From Gnetum montanum (Eukaryota > Plantae > Gnetophyta): a stretch of 64,000 nt of DNA. The notes below the pieces were generated by a model. It was given only the letters and a program-made list of their open reading frames with translations, did no database searches and was not told the DNA's origin. Every line of letters starts with the position of its first letter. The stretch's first letter is position 1. Shown piece by piece: positions 38,690-50,785 of the stretch. Location: positions 92,472 to 156,471 of the forward strand of contig MNCI01001743.1 of assembly GCA_015680685.1 (NCBI GenBank), read 5' to 3'. Made by a program: the position numbers and the translations under genes.

Positions 38690-41100
38690 ACAACACAAAA
38701 AGGTGGCAAGGCCTCAAAATTTCAAGGGATTGGACATTATAAGTTTTCAAGATGATGTCATAGTGGGCTACCAAATGCTTGTTAACAGCTTCCTGTGTGA
38801 TGATTCGGGGAGGCATTGGGTCACAATACTTTGGCAGAAATACACCCCCTAGAATATGAGTCCCTAGGACTCCTAGTTTTGGCGCAACCTCTATGCGGCC
38901 ACTTAGCAATTAGAGCTAATGGGACTATTGGGTGCCCAACCGTGCAATTTTATGCACACTAAATACCCCATGGCCCAAGGTTGGAGTTAGATTTGGCGTG
39001 GATGCTTGTCAAAGAAAATTAAATGTTTTTATGGTCAATTGTGAAGGGGGCACTGTTGGTACATGCTTTGCTCCACACACATGGGCTCCCTATCAATACC
39101 ACATGTCCACTTTGTAATGTGGCAGTTGAAACTGCACAGCATTTCACATTTCAATGTCCTTTCACACGTGCGATATGGGCAGCCTTGGCAGTAACGCCAA
39201 TGCTACATAGGGATTCTCCTGCAAGGGTGATCCTCTAGACGCTCTAGCAAGCTCAAAATGAGTATATTTGATGCGGACATCACCCAACCCTTGTGTAATC
39301 CTCAATGTATTTTGGATATGTGTGGGTCTTGTTTTTGTGTCTTCTTATGTTAACTTGGGATGATGATTCCAAAGAGTTTGGCCATGTTTGGGGATGTTTT
39401 GGAACTATTTTGATGAGTCTAGAAGGTTCCAAAAGCTATGGGGACTTTTTTGGAGGCATCCAGATGTTCAAGGCCTCAAAACAAGCATCTGTAATTTTGG
39501 CCCTAGCAAGAAAGTCATCTCCCCTAACAGTTACATGTCTTAGCTACATTCAAGACGTCTCCACACTCTCAAGACATCTCACATGATTTCAAGGCATCTC
39601 CTCTGACATATCTACAATTGGGAAAGATGTCTCCAATTTCTCCAAGACGTTTTGTATAGATTTGAACGAACATAAATTTGAATGGCAAATTGGAGGGAAG
39701 ATGAAAGGTCACACCAAGAAGCAATAAAGAAGAGTCCAAGGCTTGAGTTTGGGTAAGAGAGAGAGAAGAGAGATTTGAAAGATCTCTTGAGAGCTTGTGC
39801 AAGAAGAGTTTGAGTGAGAAGCAAGGGAAAGCACTTGAGAGAGGTTTAGGGAATCTCTTATAAGTGTCTTGTCTTGAGTTTTAGCTCCATTGTGAGCAAT
39901 TGAGGATTAAGAGGGAACATGTGTGGCCTCTAAGATCCTTCGAAGAGATGTGAGTTAAGCTTGGCTCCTCATCTTTGATGTAATTCTCTACATTTTGAGA
40001 ATTTTCTTATAAAAAGGGGAATTTTTTCCAATTCATTGTCTTGTTCTTGCTTCTAAGTTTAATTTTGCTTAGGAAGCTTGTGGAATGGGTCCTTTTGGAG
40101 CCTATTCTGGTAGGCTTCACATCATTATTTTTCAAACTGCACCTATGCCTTCATGTACTATCATTATTCATCACGCATTGCAACTCTGGTGGGAGGCAAT
40201 AGCTACTATGTGCTTTACATCGACCTTCAAACCAGACTGTCAAAGCTTTTGAACTAATCAGGTGCTCTAGGGTCTGGTGGTGTAGATGGGCTAGGAGGAC
40301 CTACTCCCCCTTTTCACGGTGGCACAGCAACTTCACCACCTTTCGCAATGTCCGCATTAGGTTCATCAAGGTCGGGATCACTAAGTACCTTGGTATTCTG
40401 ATGATAGGGGAGATGGTGCTGCCATCAGGGAGGGGACTACAAGATGGTAAGAGCTTTTTCCCTAGTCCTATCCCTAAGACAAGCAGTGGGCAATTTTTTG
40501 TTCAATTAGGAAATGTGGAAACTCCAGGGTGCGCATTTTGCCTCCTTGCATTACATGCAAATTGGCCAACCACCTAACCTCCCGAAATTTTTTTTTGGTG
40601 TCTCTCCACCAAGGCAAAAGAGGCAACATGTTGGCCTAATTCTAGCTCTTTAGAGAGTGGCGCATTCGCTTGAGTTGCCACCGATCAAGCCCATCTTGGT
40701 TGGGAGGACGTATGTGCACCATAGATCCTCTTTGGAGGGGGAATCCTCTTCCTCAGCTAGGGTTGCACAAGAGGAGCATTCAAGGAGGGAGGTGCCAGTG
40801 GGGGGCATGGAGGATCCTAACTAGTAGGATTCCACCACTAATTAGCCATCACTCCATGAGCAAATTCATTCCATGGAGAACTAGGTGCATAGGGAACTTC
40901 AAAGCTAATTTGAGGTTGATCTACTCCAAGTTGTCGTTGAGGCTAGGGCTAAGGAGCAAGCACATTGAGAGGAGGAGCTTAGGAGGGATGAGGAGGAGAC
41001 CAAGTGTAGGTATCAAGAGACAGAGCGACAACTCAAAGAAGTGGTCATGGCGGAGCAACGCCAAAGGGAGCTAGAGGAGGCTACACTTAGGAGCACTTAG
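38690..41100 (+). mobile_element. LINE ORF2 3' part (zf-RVT, extension, coiled coil), interrupted
   Basis: CPLCNVAVETAQHFTFQCPFTRAIW; LQGAHFASLHYMQIGQPPNLPKFF; split by an LTR at 39292-40124 and cut by the next LINE. Confidence 0.8.
39292..40124 (+). repeat. Probable solo LTR related to the 1321-2251 LTR family
   Basis: TG...CA ends; repeated agac(a/g)tct motifs and similarity to the reverse complement of 1321-2251; interrupts the LINE reading frame; TSD not resolved. Confidence 0.6.
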
Positions 41101-41102
41101 TA

Positions 41103-42519
41103 TAAGATTTGGCAGGGAGAGGAAGCAATGACACCACAGAGCAACGGAGTGGAGAAACAAGCGAGTGAGGGAGCGGAGAAATAGGTGAACGATGGGGCGT
41201 GCACAGGGAAAACGGCCAACGACGGAGCGGCTGTAGTAGGAGATGCACACCAAAGGCTCACCAAGGGATGCGGGAGCAGAGGCGAACAGGCAAGAGGCGG
41301 GAATGGCCCGGACCCGGTCAGGGCCAAGCAGGACCACGGGGGGGATGAATTTAGAACACCAAATGGGGAGATTGAGGCACACTCCCGTACTGATGGTACC
41401 ATGCGCCTCCGTATCAACGGACCACCAACGGAGGGGGTTTGGACAATGCAACGAAGCCTTATTGGCCGCTTTGTATCATCGGGAGCCTGCCCTCGGATGG
41501 AGTTAATCCACAAGTGGGTGAAAGAAAACTGGAAGGTTGGATAGGTGGAAGTCCAGAGTTTATCCAAGGAGTTGCTCCAGTTCATTTGCCTGGCCCAGTA
41601 GGATAGGGACATGGTGCTGCTGGGGGGACCATGGTTCTATGGCACCCGGGGCGGTCGGGGGCACACCGCGAGATGAACTTGTTTGCTCGTGCCCCGGTGT
41701 GGGTGAGGGTGTCCGGGATTCCTTGGGAGATGTGGAACTTGGGGTTCCTGGAACGGCTGGCATGGTATTTTGGGGAGTTTATCGTTTTCGACAGGGTCAC
41801 ACAGACAATGGCGCAAATGGGGTATGCCTATTTTTGTGTATGGCAGAACCTGCCAAGGACCTCGTCAGGGAAATAGTGTTGGAGCTTCTAGGAGGGGAGG
41901 AACACCTTCAGGTTGAGTTTCAAAACTTGGAGGCAGAGCCAGGCAAGGAACAGGGGCCGAAGGCCCAAGAGGCCAGGAGTGGCAGCTGCGAGTGTTGTGG
42001 GAAACCTAGACACCACGAAGCTAATTGTTGATTTCGGATGGCCGGGCTGATGCAGGCGCAGGATCAGGTTCAGCAACTAGTTGATGGCGGGGGCTGGGTA
42101 ACAATGCAATGTAAGGGCCGACCGAGCCTACCACAACCTCAAATGCCCCCCCCCCCCCCCCCCCCCCCCCCNNNNNNNNNNNNNNNNNNNNNNNNNNNNN
42201 NNNNNNNNCCCTATGAGGGCAATGGGGTTTTTAGTACATGGTTTTGAATGTAGTCTTTGAAAGCACCCAAGGAGGGGCCAGTTTTGTTTGTGGGGTCGAG
42301 CCCCCTCTTTTATGTAGGTTTTCTTTTTCAAGGGAGTTTCTGTTTCTATTTGTTGCCTTGGTTTTTGTGGGGGGTTCTCCTCCCCCAACTTAGGGGGTGG
42401 GTGGGCATGTGCTTGTGGGGTTATTGCCCCAGATGTCCTCTAGGTCCTTCCCTGCCAATGTTTCTTGTAAATGTTGATTCTTTTTAATATGATGCCTGAC
42501 CTTTTCGCTAAAAAAAAAA
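41103..42519 (+). mobile_element. LINE: 5' end, ORF1, gap, 3' UTR and poly(A)
   Basis: SLIGRFVSSG, APVWVRVSGIPWEMW, CECCGKPRHHEANC knuckle; N gap after poly-C; A-tract at 42510-42519; ORF2 absent or hidden in the gap. Confidence 0.85.
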
Positions 42520-42992
42520 GTTCTGTTTTGAACATTTCAATTGATTTAGTGATTTCTCCACTTATGAATATCTGAAGTATGTGCTATATACTTTTAGAAA
42601 ACTCTCCGAATTCTCCACACTTTCGTATATAATTATAACTGTTAAGTGTTACCATAATCATTATGACCTTGTATTTTGGAATCAACTTTTACAAGTTCTC
42701 TTCATCCTAGTCAATGTAGAACTAAAATACTAAAACATTACTCCATGTCTCTTCTAACTACTTCATGCTTCTTGTTTCTTGGTCAACATATGTTTCAATC
42801 TTCTATTGCTTGAATTAACAAAATCATTTACATAAGAGCCATCTCTAGCCAATGTCAAACATGGAAAAATAATACAAGCTACTTTCCTTCCATTTCTCTT
42901 CTAGAGTTTGACAGATGTGCATGTGCAAAAATAAATAAGACACTTGTATTGTTTTCTATCAAGAAAATGATTTTAAAACCAAACTTATGTAC

Positions 42993-43060
42993 CTTTCACA
43001 AACTCGAAGCTTTACTAATGCCTGCTTACATTCTCCTGCTTCAGGGTATGAGAAGTTAAC
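42993..43060 (-). CDS. FRA10AC1: FRA10AC1-like protein, internal exon
   Basis: ttttacag|GTT AAC...GAA AG|gtacat encodes VNFSYPEAGECKQALVKLRVCE(R); phase fits both neighbouring exons. Confidence 0.9.
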
Positions 43061-43357
43061 CTGTAAAATTTGGAACAATATCATATGAAAAGAATGATCA
43101 AAAAAGAAAACCAAGAAAATTAGCTATTAAAATAGTGGTTTCTATTTCTCAAACTTTAAGAAAAACATAATCAAGACGAATACATCTTCAATAAATATTC
43201 ACTTGACAAAGTCTCCATGAAAAGAAAATACAACTTCCTGCTTTGGCCTTGGAACATCATGTTAAAAAAACCTTCAAATATAATTAAACTGTACAATAGT
43301 TCTATCCAAAGATCCCTCGGTCTAGCTTGGCAAGGTGTGACAATCACGCAAAATTTT

Positions 43358-46300
43358 TGTAACACCCCTCTGTAGGACCCTTGGTATATTTGATGTCTCA
43401 TTATGCAAGCATATGGATAGGGTGAGGGTGGGGGCTCTGCTAGCTAGTTTACAATTTTATGTTATGCATTATTATTATATAATTTTAATGTTTTGATCAC
43501 ACCATGATTATACACAGTAATTCTATAAGATATGTTAGACAGGTAAAGAGACTGGCTAGGAAGGAGGATTGGGGATAGCGCAGTAATCTGATATATGTTT
43601 ATGTGTTACAGTGGATGTTTGTCATTTATGCATTGGAACTTCATGATTATGTTGAGTGATATTTGTCTTTATTTGTGGCATATGAATATGGTGTAGGAGT
43701 GTTAGCATTGTTAGGGGTGCGATCAGTTTTTGGTTTGGAGTCTTTTTACATCAATTATAAGTTGTGGACCCCAAGTATATTAGTTGGGCTAAAAACAAAA
43801 CTAAGCAGCTAAGCTCATAAAAGTATCTCGTGACTAAAACCATTAAATTATATTAAACAATAGGGGGAAAAAGTCATGTTATACATTTTCGATAAAGTCA
43901 AAAGAGGAAACATCAAGCCATAATGCCTATTGGTTCCTGATCGTGGCTGATTTCTGGAAGGCAGCTAACTGTTCACCACCGCCATTTTTCTATTGATGCT
44001 TTTCCTTTTCTCGTGCTTTTTTGTCAAGCTGATTCATAGTCTTCACTGTTTGTGAAAATTTAGAAGTGAATTCTAGCTAGGTTACTGTCCAGAAGTGTGG
44101 GGGTTCAGAGGTGGCCAAAAAGCAAAACGGACCTTGTTTGTAACACAAGTTTTCTGCAATTCTTGGGTTATTGTCTTCTTCAGTTTTGTTTGGTGGGCAT
44201 CCTTTACTCCTTTCCCTATTTTACACTTACGGTTTAGTCTGTGTATTCAGAGCAGTGATTGCATAAGCGGCACTTAAGCACCTGACCAAGCGCTGGATCG
44301 CAATTGCTAAGAAAGACCACACTGATTCCAAGTGGGGGCAATTTCTTAAATGAATTTGTGCGATTAAGGCACCTAGTCATTTTCTTGCAACAAAGTCACC
44401 ATGGAAGGGGTGATAAATCCCCATCACACCCCCCTGGGAAGGGGAGATAAATACCCATGGCCTGGAAATAAATACCCATGGCCTGGAATGCTGTGTGACC
44501 TGTTTGAATCAGCTGTGGGAACAAAATTTTGTACATCTGTTTTGTATGTTTTATTATTATTACTAATATTATTATTAATTTAGGTAACGTATAGTTCTAG
44601 GCTGGAATAGCCATATCTGGCGTTTCCCTTTTTAAGAGTGTGAATAAGAGTACGGCTAAAAAAGAGCCATCTGTGTGATTGGCATTTTTAGTTTGCAATC
44701 GAGGGTGCTGTTGGTCAGTGCAGTTTGTTGGACTGTTGGAAGTTTAATTTCCGCTTCATGTGTCAAAGGGTGTAAACCATGTTGGTTGATACCTTCATCT
44801 CTTACCGTGGACATATTTGATAATTCGGTATAGCATGGTACAGTGTTATGTGCTTCAACGATGTGCTATGTATACAAAACAGAGTTCTGCAGTATGAGTT
44901 GTCAATGGTCAACAACAGGATCTGATTATGCTATGTATTAAGCATATTGTAATGAAATTATATTTTACATGTGTGATTTACTATATAAATGCTTGTTAAG
45001 GCTTAGGCTAGCTGGTATCTAGATGCATGTATTTTGCCTTTACGATGACACATGTAGCACTAGTTGCTTGTGGTCAGTTGGCAAGTGAAGCTAACATAAG
45101 ATGTGTGGATTGGTTGGTGATGAAGCACACTAGATGTAGTCATGAGTTTACCCCCACAATATGCATAGGTAAGGCTCTCATTGGGCCTCATCTTAGAAGT
45201 GGGAGAGCGTAGGTATGTTCATTCCTACAACTAGCATGTGGCATAGGTGTAATCGTCCCTCTAGCCAATCCTCTAGAATGCTAGTGGTTATGGATCACTG
45301 GTTGAGTAAATAGAAGACCTGCAAGCATTTGTTAACAAGTACTCATGGCAACTAATACATGCTTTACACTAAGTGTAGATATGCTAGCTGCCACATGAGG
45401 TAGGTGTATATCTTGTGATGTTGTGTCTATTATCTATCTGGAAACATATGTGAGGGTGTCATTAAAGTGTACCTAGTATGGTCATAGTGGTACAAATGTG
45501 TGATGTACTAATTACTACTCATGCTTGATGTGTTGATGTTGTGATATGAGTGTATGTATTTGCGTTACTAAAATTGGGTGTAAAATTGCTCTTTATTCAT
45601 GTTCCTCTCCTTCAGCTTAGCATTTGTCAACCATTCAAAAGGGAAAGTGTAAAGATTCCCACTCAATTTAGACTAATTGTCCTATACAGGTGATGGGGCT
45701 GGAGATACCAATGAGTGTAAAGGTTGATGAAGGGGAGGGGGTTGGGCCCCCATGTGAATATGTGCTTTTATGTATTCAATAGCTTATGAGATGAGCCTAT
45801 TTGTATGTATCTTCTATGAGGACAAATGTGGAGCTAGACCCACCGGATGATTTGATGTATAAATGTATCTTCTTAGCTTGTATACACATACTCGTGATCT
45901 TATGGCACTGGACAGGTAACTTGTTTTGTATTTGATGAAATCATGTTCATAAGATTGTGGTTTTCTCTCATATGATGGTTGGGTGTCTTCTAAGAATGGC
46001 TTACATTTATGTGTCTACCTTTTGTTGTATTCGTTGTTTGTGACAATGTGAGTGATGAGTTATCATTTGATTGGCTCCAATATCGGAGCCTCGGAGCCTC
46101 GACATCGGATACCCAATGTTGAAGCCCAAGATGCAATGTCGAATATCCGATATCGCGGGGTATTTGCTAGCCTATAAATATAGTGCTTGGGCTCACGATT
46201 TTCAATAAGTTTTTCATAACTTTTGTCATAGATAGCGAAGCTCTTGCAATTTGTTTTCTCCAAAGTTAAAATATTTTCTGAGTGCCCGCAGCAAGAGTCT

Positions 46301-46932
46301 GAGTGTGTATGGATCTTTGTTCGAACACTGATGTACCTGAGCACAGCAATGTGACGGGAATAAAAACAAAACCTTTTGATCATCCTTGCAGCACTAAGAA
46401 TAGATTAATGTTTCCTTGATGCATTTAATATTTATGCACTTTATTCTCATGCACTTCACTTTAATGCACTTTAATTAAGCAATTCATTTCTAGTTGTTAA
46501 TGAACACAAGCACAACCACCTCGAGCATACTGGTAACCTAGAAACGCTTAACATTTGGTAGTCTAGCAATGCTATGCGTGTTCAGGATGTGTCTGAAAAG
46601 TGAGAAAGGGTACTTGTGATAGGCTACCTCGGCAGTAGATAAACTAGATCTTAAATTACTTTACCTTTCATTCTTGTTATTGGCGATTAAATTTATAAAG
46701 CATAAAAATGATAAAAATCATGTGCCTCAATTAAACTTAAACCATATCCTTGAGCTTCACAAGTGTAGTTGGGAAGACAACGAACGTTCTCAATGCCCAT
46801 TTCACTTCCTAGAGAATTAGTACACTAGAGAATGATAGGTCCACGAAATTCAACTGGATCGCGCATAAAAGCCTTAGTGATTCATATGGTTGGGCATAGG
46901 AGTACCTCGCTGCTCACCAAAGACGTGTTACA
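43358..46932. repeat. ~3.6-kb solo LTR (with nested LTR) in a FRA10AC1 intron
   Basis: Termini TGTAACAC...GTGTTACA (perfect 8-bp inverted repeat); 5-bp TSD ATTTT at 43353-43357 and 46933-46937; no coding motifs. Confidence 0.85.
46053..46919 (+). repeat. Nested solo LTR (family of 1-369)
   Basis: TGATGAG...CTCACCA ends; 3' part homologous to 170-369; no TSD found. Confidence 0.6.
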
Positions 46933-47024
46933 ATTTTAAAAAAAAAATTAATAAAATATAGGTGTATTAACTTTCAGCTATGCAAATGATTTTTGGAGAG
47001 TACATATGTCAATGAAATACTTGC

Positions 47025-47083
47025 CTCATAACTAGATAGGTCTCCCCTTTCATCACATTTCTTATTTCCACAAATGAACTGAC
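47025..47083 (-). CDS. FRA10AC1: FRA10AC1-like protein, internal exon
   Basis: ttttatcag|GT CAG...TAT GAG|gcaagt encodes GQFICGNKKCDERGDLSSYE, matching the plant FRA10AC1 motif GQFICGNKxC...LxSYE; GC donor. Confidence 0.88.
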
Positions 47084-47479
47084 CTGATAAAACAATTCAA
47101 GTAACACACATATTCAAATGCAAAATTATTTAAATGGAAATTTATAAGCAAATTACACATCAAATTAAATGTTTAAATAAAATAGTAAATACAAAATTGA
47201 AATCAATTGGAAACCACAACAAAACTGTTACTCCAAAATTTTATGATTTTTTGGCAACTAAATTTATGTTATCAAATTTCAAAATGGTAACATTTCCAGA
47301 ACAAAAATTGAATCTCCGTTAGGAGGTTCCTTCATGCACATTTCACCTATTTCAGCCAGATTTCACATAAATAAATTTTCCAATCTCTAACAAGCTGTTG
47401 CATACTTACCTAGACATTTATCACAATTCTTTAAAGAAATGATTGGGATGTATTATTTACATGAACAAAAAAAATACAA

Positions 47480-50400
47480 TTTTTTCTTTTATTTCTTTAT
47501 TTTTTTGGAGGGGTGTTGGATGTCTACATGATAGACAATCAAAAAGATGGGGTAGGGGTGAGAAATCCCCCAATTCTTAGAAGCCCAAACCAACCGTAGA
47601 GTTGCTGGGTAACAAAACAGAAAGGGGATATGAATAACCACCTAGGTCAAATCCCCAGCACAACATAACAAGTGGCATGAATGGCCCAAGAAGCCCAAAC
47701 ACCAACATCTCCTTGACCAAAAAACAAAATCTAAAGCATGTAATCACACAAGCGGTAGAACAATACGCACACAGTTACACGTGCTACCTACGAAATCAGT
47801 CACCAATATCACATTTGACCTCCGTTTTAACTAAATTACATGCTTCATTAATTTGTTGCAGCTCTGCTTGTTTGTTATCCATTTCTTCTTAGGTGAGGCA
47901 GTGGGCCTTGTCAGCGTAATGAGAGACTACCCTGCATCTCACCAAAGCTTTAGTGCTCTAACAACTGGAGTAATTGTTAATACCCAACACAGCATATGGT
48001 CATCTACCCTCCTCAAGCAAGAGATGACAAATGCTCTATAGGATTTTGCAAAATCATTTCTCAAATTCTCTCATCTCCACCTCCTCAGCAAGCTTTTGTT
48101 GCACCTCCTCTTGCTGTCTCCCTTAGTTCTTTTCTATCCACTTCTTCCTAGCGCCTCCTTCATTCTATGCCTCTCGTCCCCCTCTTGCTAGCAACTCTTC
48201 ATCTCCCTCTCCTACCATTGATTCGGCTCCATCTCCTATTGTCATCATCACTCCTTTGCCCTTCTAGCCTCATCCAAAAGCCTCTATTTAATTTATTCCC
48301 ATGGAATCTAGATCTCCACCCTCTTGCACTTTTCGATCTCTTATTTAAAGCACACCTCCACGTCTTCGGTAGATCTAAAGATGTCTGCTTTTGCAAATTC
48401 CTTTCTCTCACCTAATCTGAACCTTGAACTCACAAATGTGGAGTTCACCCTAGGCTTCAACATTAGCCTTGATCTCCTCCCTAAGCTTTGTCCCCATCGC
48501 TTACCTAAGAGACTCCAACGTCATCCCAAAGAGGCAAAGCAGCAATTCAACAGGAAAGTGGATTAGAACCAGCAAGTTGTATGCAAGATTGTCTAGACCA
48601 TGTCCTAAATTTGCAATTGTGATGCTGATATAGGCCCCACAAGCCCCTTGGAAGCCTTCATCTGTGTAGCCAAACACCTCAGCACCCCTAGCAACAACCT
48701 AAGAGGCCACAGAAGTGCCAATGTGGTTGTGGACCTAACAAGTGTACGACTTCCTAAACCCATTGTTATCATATACTGGGGATATGAATTGCTTCGTAGC
48801 CCTAGACCCGAGATTATGTTCCAATTTGGCTGCCCCTAGAGGAGCAAGATGAGGCCCAATTGCTTGGTTGTCTACTTTCATTAAAGGCAGACGAGAAAGA
48901 ATCTATAAACATTTACCTGCCCCACAACATCATACATTTCAAGGAGGCAAAGTGAATGACCTAAAGCTTAGAAAGGTGATCTATTTGAATGAAGAAGACT
49001 TCAACAAGCTATGCACCCCTTTACCTCAACAATTCAAGCTTTAACCTCAAAACCTAACCACTAGATGTGGTTAGAATGGCATGGAAAAGAAGTGACTTGA
49101 CAAAATGATTTCACCCACTAATGATAATTCCAATGTATTGTGCAATGTTGTTTTCTGTAAGTTGGATATCAACACCTTTGAAATAAGTGTTGCAGCCCCT
49201 CCAACAACTGAAAAATTGGGTGACATTCATGTCCCCATCACCCTTCAGCAATAGCAGAAAGATGTCCCAACTAATAGCAAGAATGAAGCCCCAAAATTTT
49301 TATCGTCCCTAGAGGGAACGATGTCGGGTTTAAAGGTCAATGTAACACCCATGATGATAACTGCCTCTTTCCATAGTACAATATACTTGGTAGCGAAGAC
49401 AAAAGGAGATGGAATAGGACTAGACTTGAAAATGCAATGATTCTATGCCTTACAAATGACCCAATCGATGACAATGTGCAAGCGATCACTACTGAGAGCA
49501 TGTGTGTTCACAACAACGCAACAACTCCAAACCCACATGCTGCAAGGACATACATAAATAAGGTGGGCTACAATCTCAACCGTAATATCATTATAAAGTA
49601 CGCAGGTCCCCTCAATCTGCATTACCCTATAACCAAGAAAAGACTTAGTCAGGGATCAAATCTCTCCTAAGAAGCCAACTGAAGATTTCTATGTTGTCTG
49701 TGATACAGCCCTTCCACATTCCATTCCAGTTTAGGACTCTGTCATATTTTATAATGAGCAGCTCTTTACTACTAGGGCATATGAGAACTTGTAACTCCCT
49801 AATCATTTGTCAATGCTTGCAGAGGACCTTCCAGAACTAAGAATCCCCTGCTTCCAGTGTCCAAGGTATATATTTTTATAGCATTATTTTTATCCACAAA
49901 GTATCATCCTGATCTTCTATCTGTTGTATAAGCTAATAATGGCCTATGAAGATACAATCTCCAAATCTATGAAGATACAATCTCCAAATCTAGGTATCCC
50001 TAGGTCCCCACTCTATTATGAAGGTCTCTTGTCCCTATTCAGTCTACAAAAGAATATCCCTTAGCATGTCTTTTGTTGAGATTGCACCAAACACAAAAAC
50101 AAGAGAACTCCATACAACTCGTCAATGTTGTAAACCTATCCAACACAATAAAATCTCCAAAGAAACTTGCAAAAGTCTACAGAAAAGGGTCATACCAAGG
50201 CACACCATAAACCCTAATTCACATGGGATTCCAATCAAAAAGTGTAGGGGTCCCTATGCACCCTAGGCTGCTACTGGGTAAACAATAAATCCCTAGCCTT
50301 GAAAAACTCAAGGCCTCCTTTGAGGAAGACATTCATGTCAGTAACAAACTAAAAAAAAGGTCATTAACGATCCAAACTTCTACCTCCAACACCATCCAAG

Positions 50401-50630
50401 AGGTAGGTATCCACCTCTTGATCTACTCCACATGCAACCTTGGCCCCACTAGGATGAACTTCCCAACCAGGCAACATCCTATAGCAACCTCCCCATCAAC
50501 CAACATTGCCTTCAAAATCGAAATCCTAAACCTCCTATCAACAACCCCTATGTTAAACTTCCAAGATCAACCTTTATGTTTATGCAAAATCCTAAAAGCC
50601 AACCTTCTCTTTGATACTCTTTGTAATAGA
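47480..50630 (-). mobile_element. Old, internally deleted LINE with ORF1 relic, extension and J-domain
   Basis: IGIPCE ORF1 remnant near 50230; zf-RVT-region relics; coiled coil 48050-48420; J-domain 48002-47800 (PYAVLGIN...HYADK...LQQINEA); T-rich tail 47480-47506. Confidence 0.8.
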
Positions 50631-50785
50631 ATATCCTAACCAATTTTATGAACGGACTTGTTCACAAGAACTGATATTTGAAAATTCATCCTCCAATGTC
50701 TTTTTATATCACATGAAAGGTTGTGACTCTTCATGAGAAGGCACATTACATTATTAATTGAATTGTAAATAATAAAGTACAAATA

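Larger units (their letters stand above)
25880..38690 (-). mobile_element. Decayed Ty1/copia element split into three parts by LINE insertions
   Basis: gag/protease 37800-38690 (AIGEVRDLNKMTMVELVGSL, NLLSVGQL); pre-integrase and integrase 32640-33685 (LWHARLGH, NGIAERKN); RT 25880-26700 ([27 protein letters not shown]); copia domain order. Confidence 0.9.
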
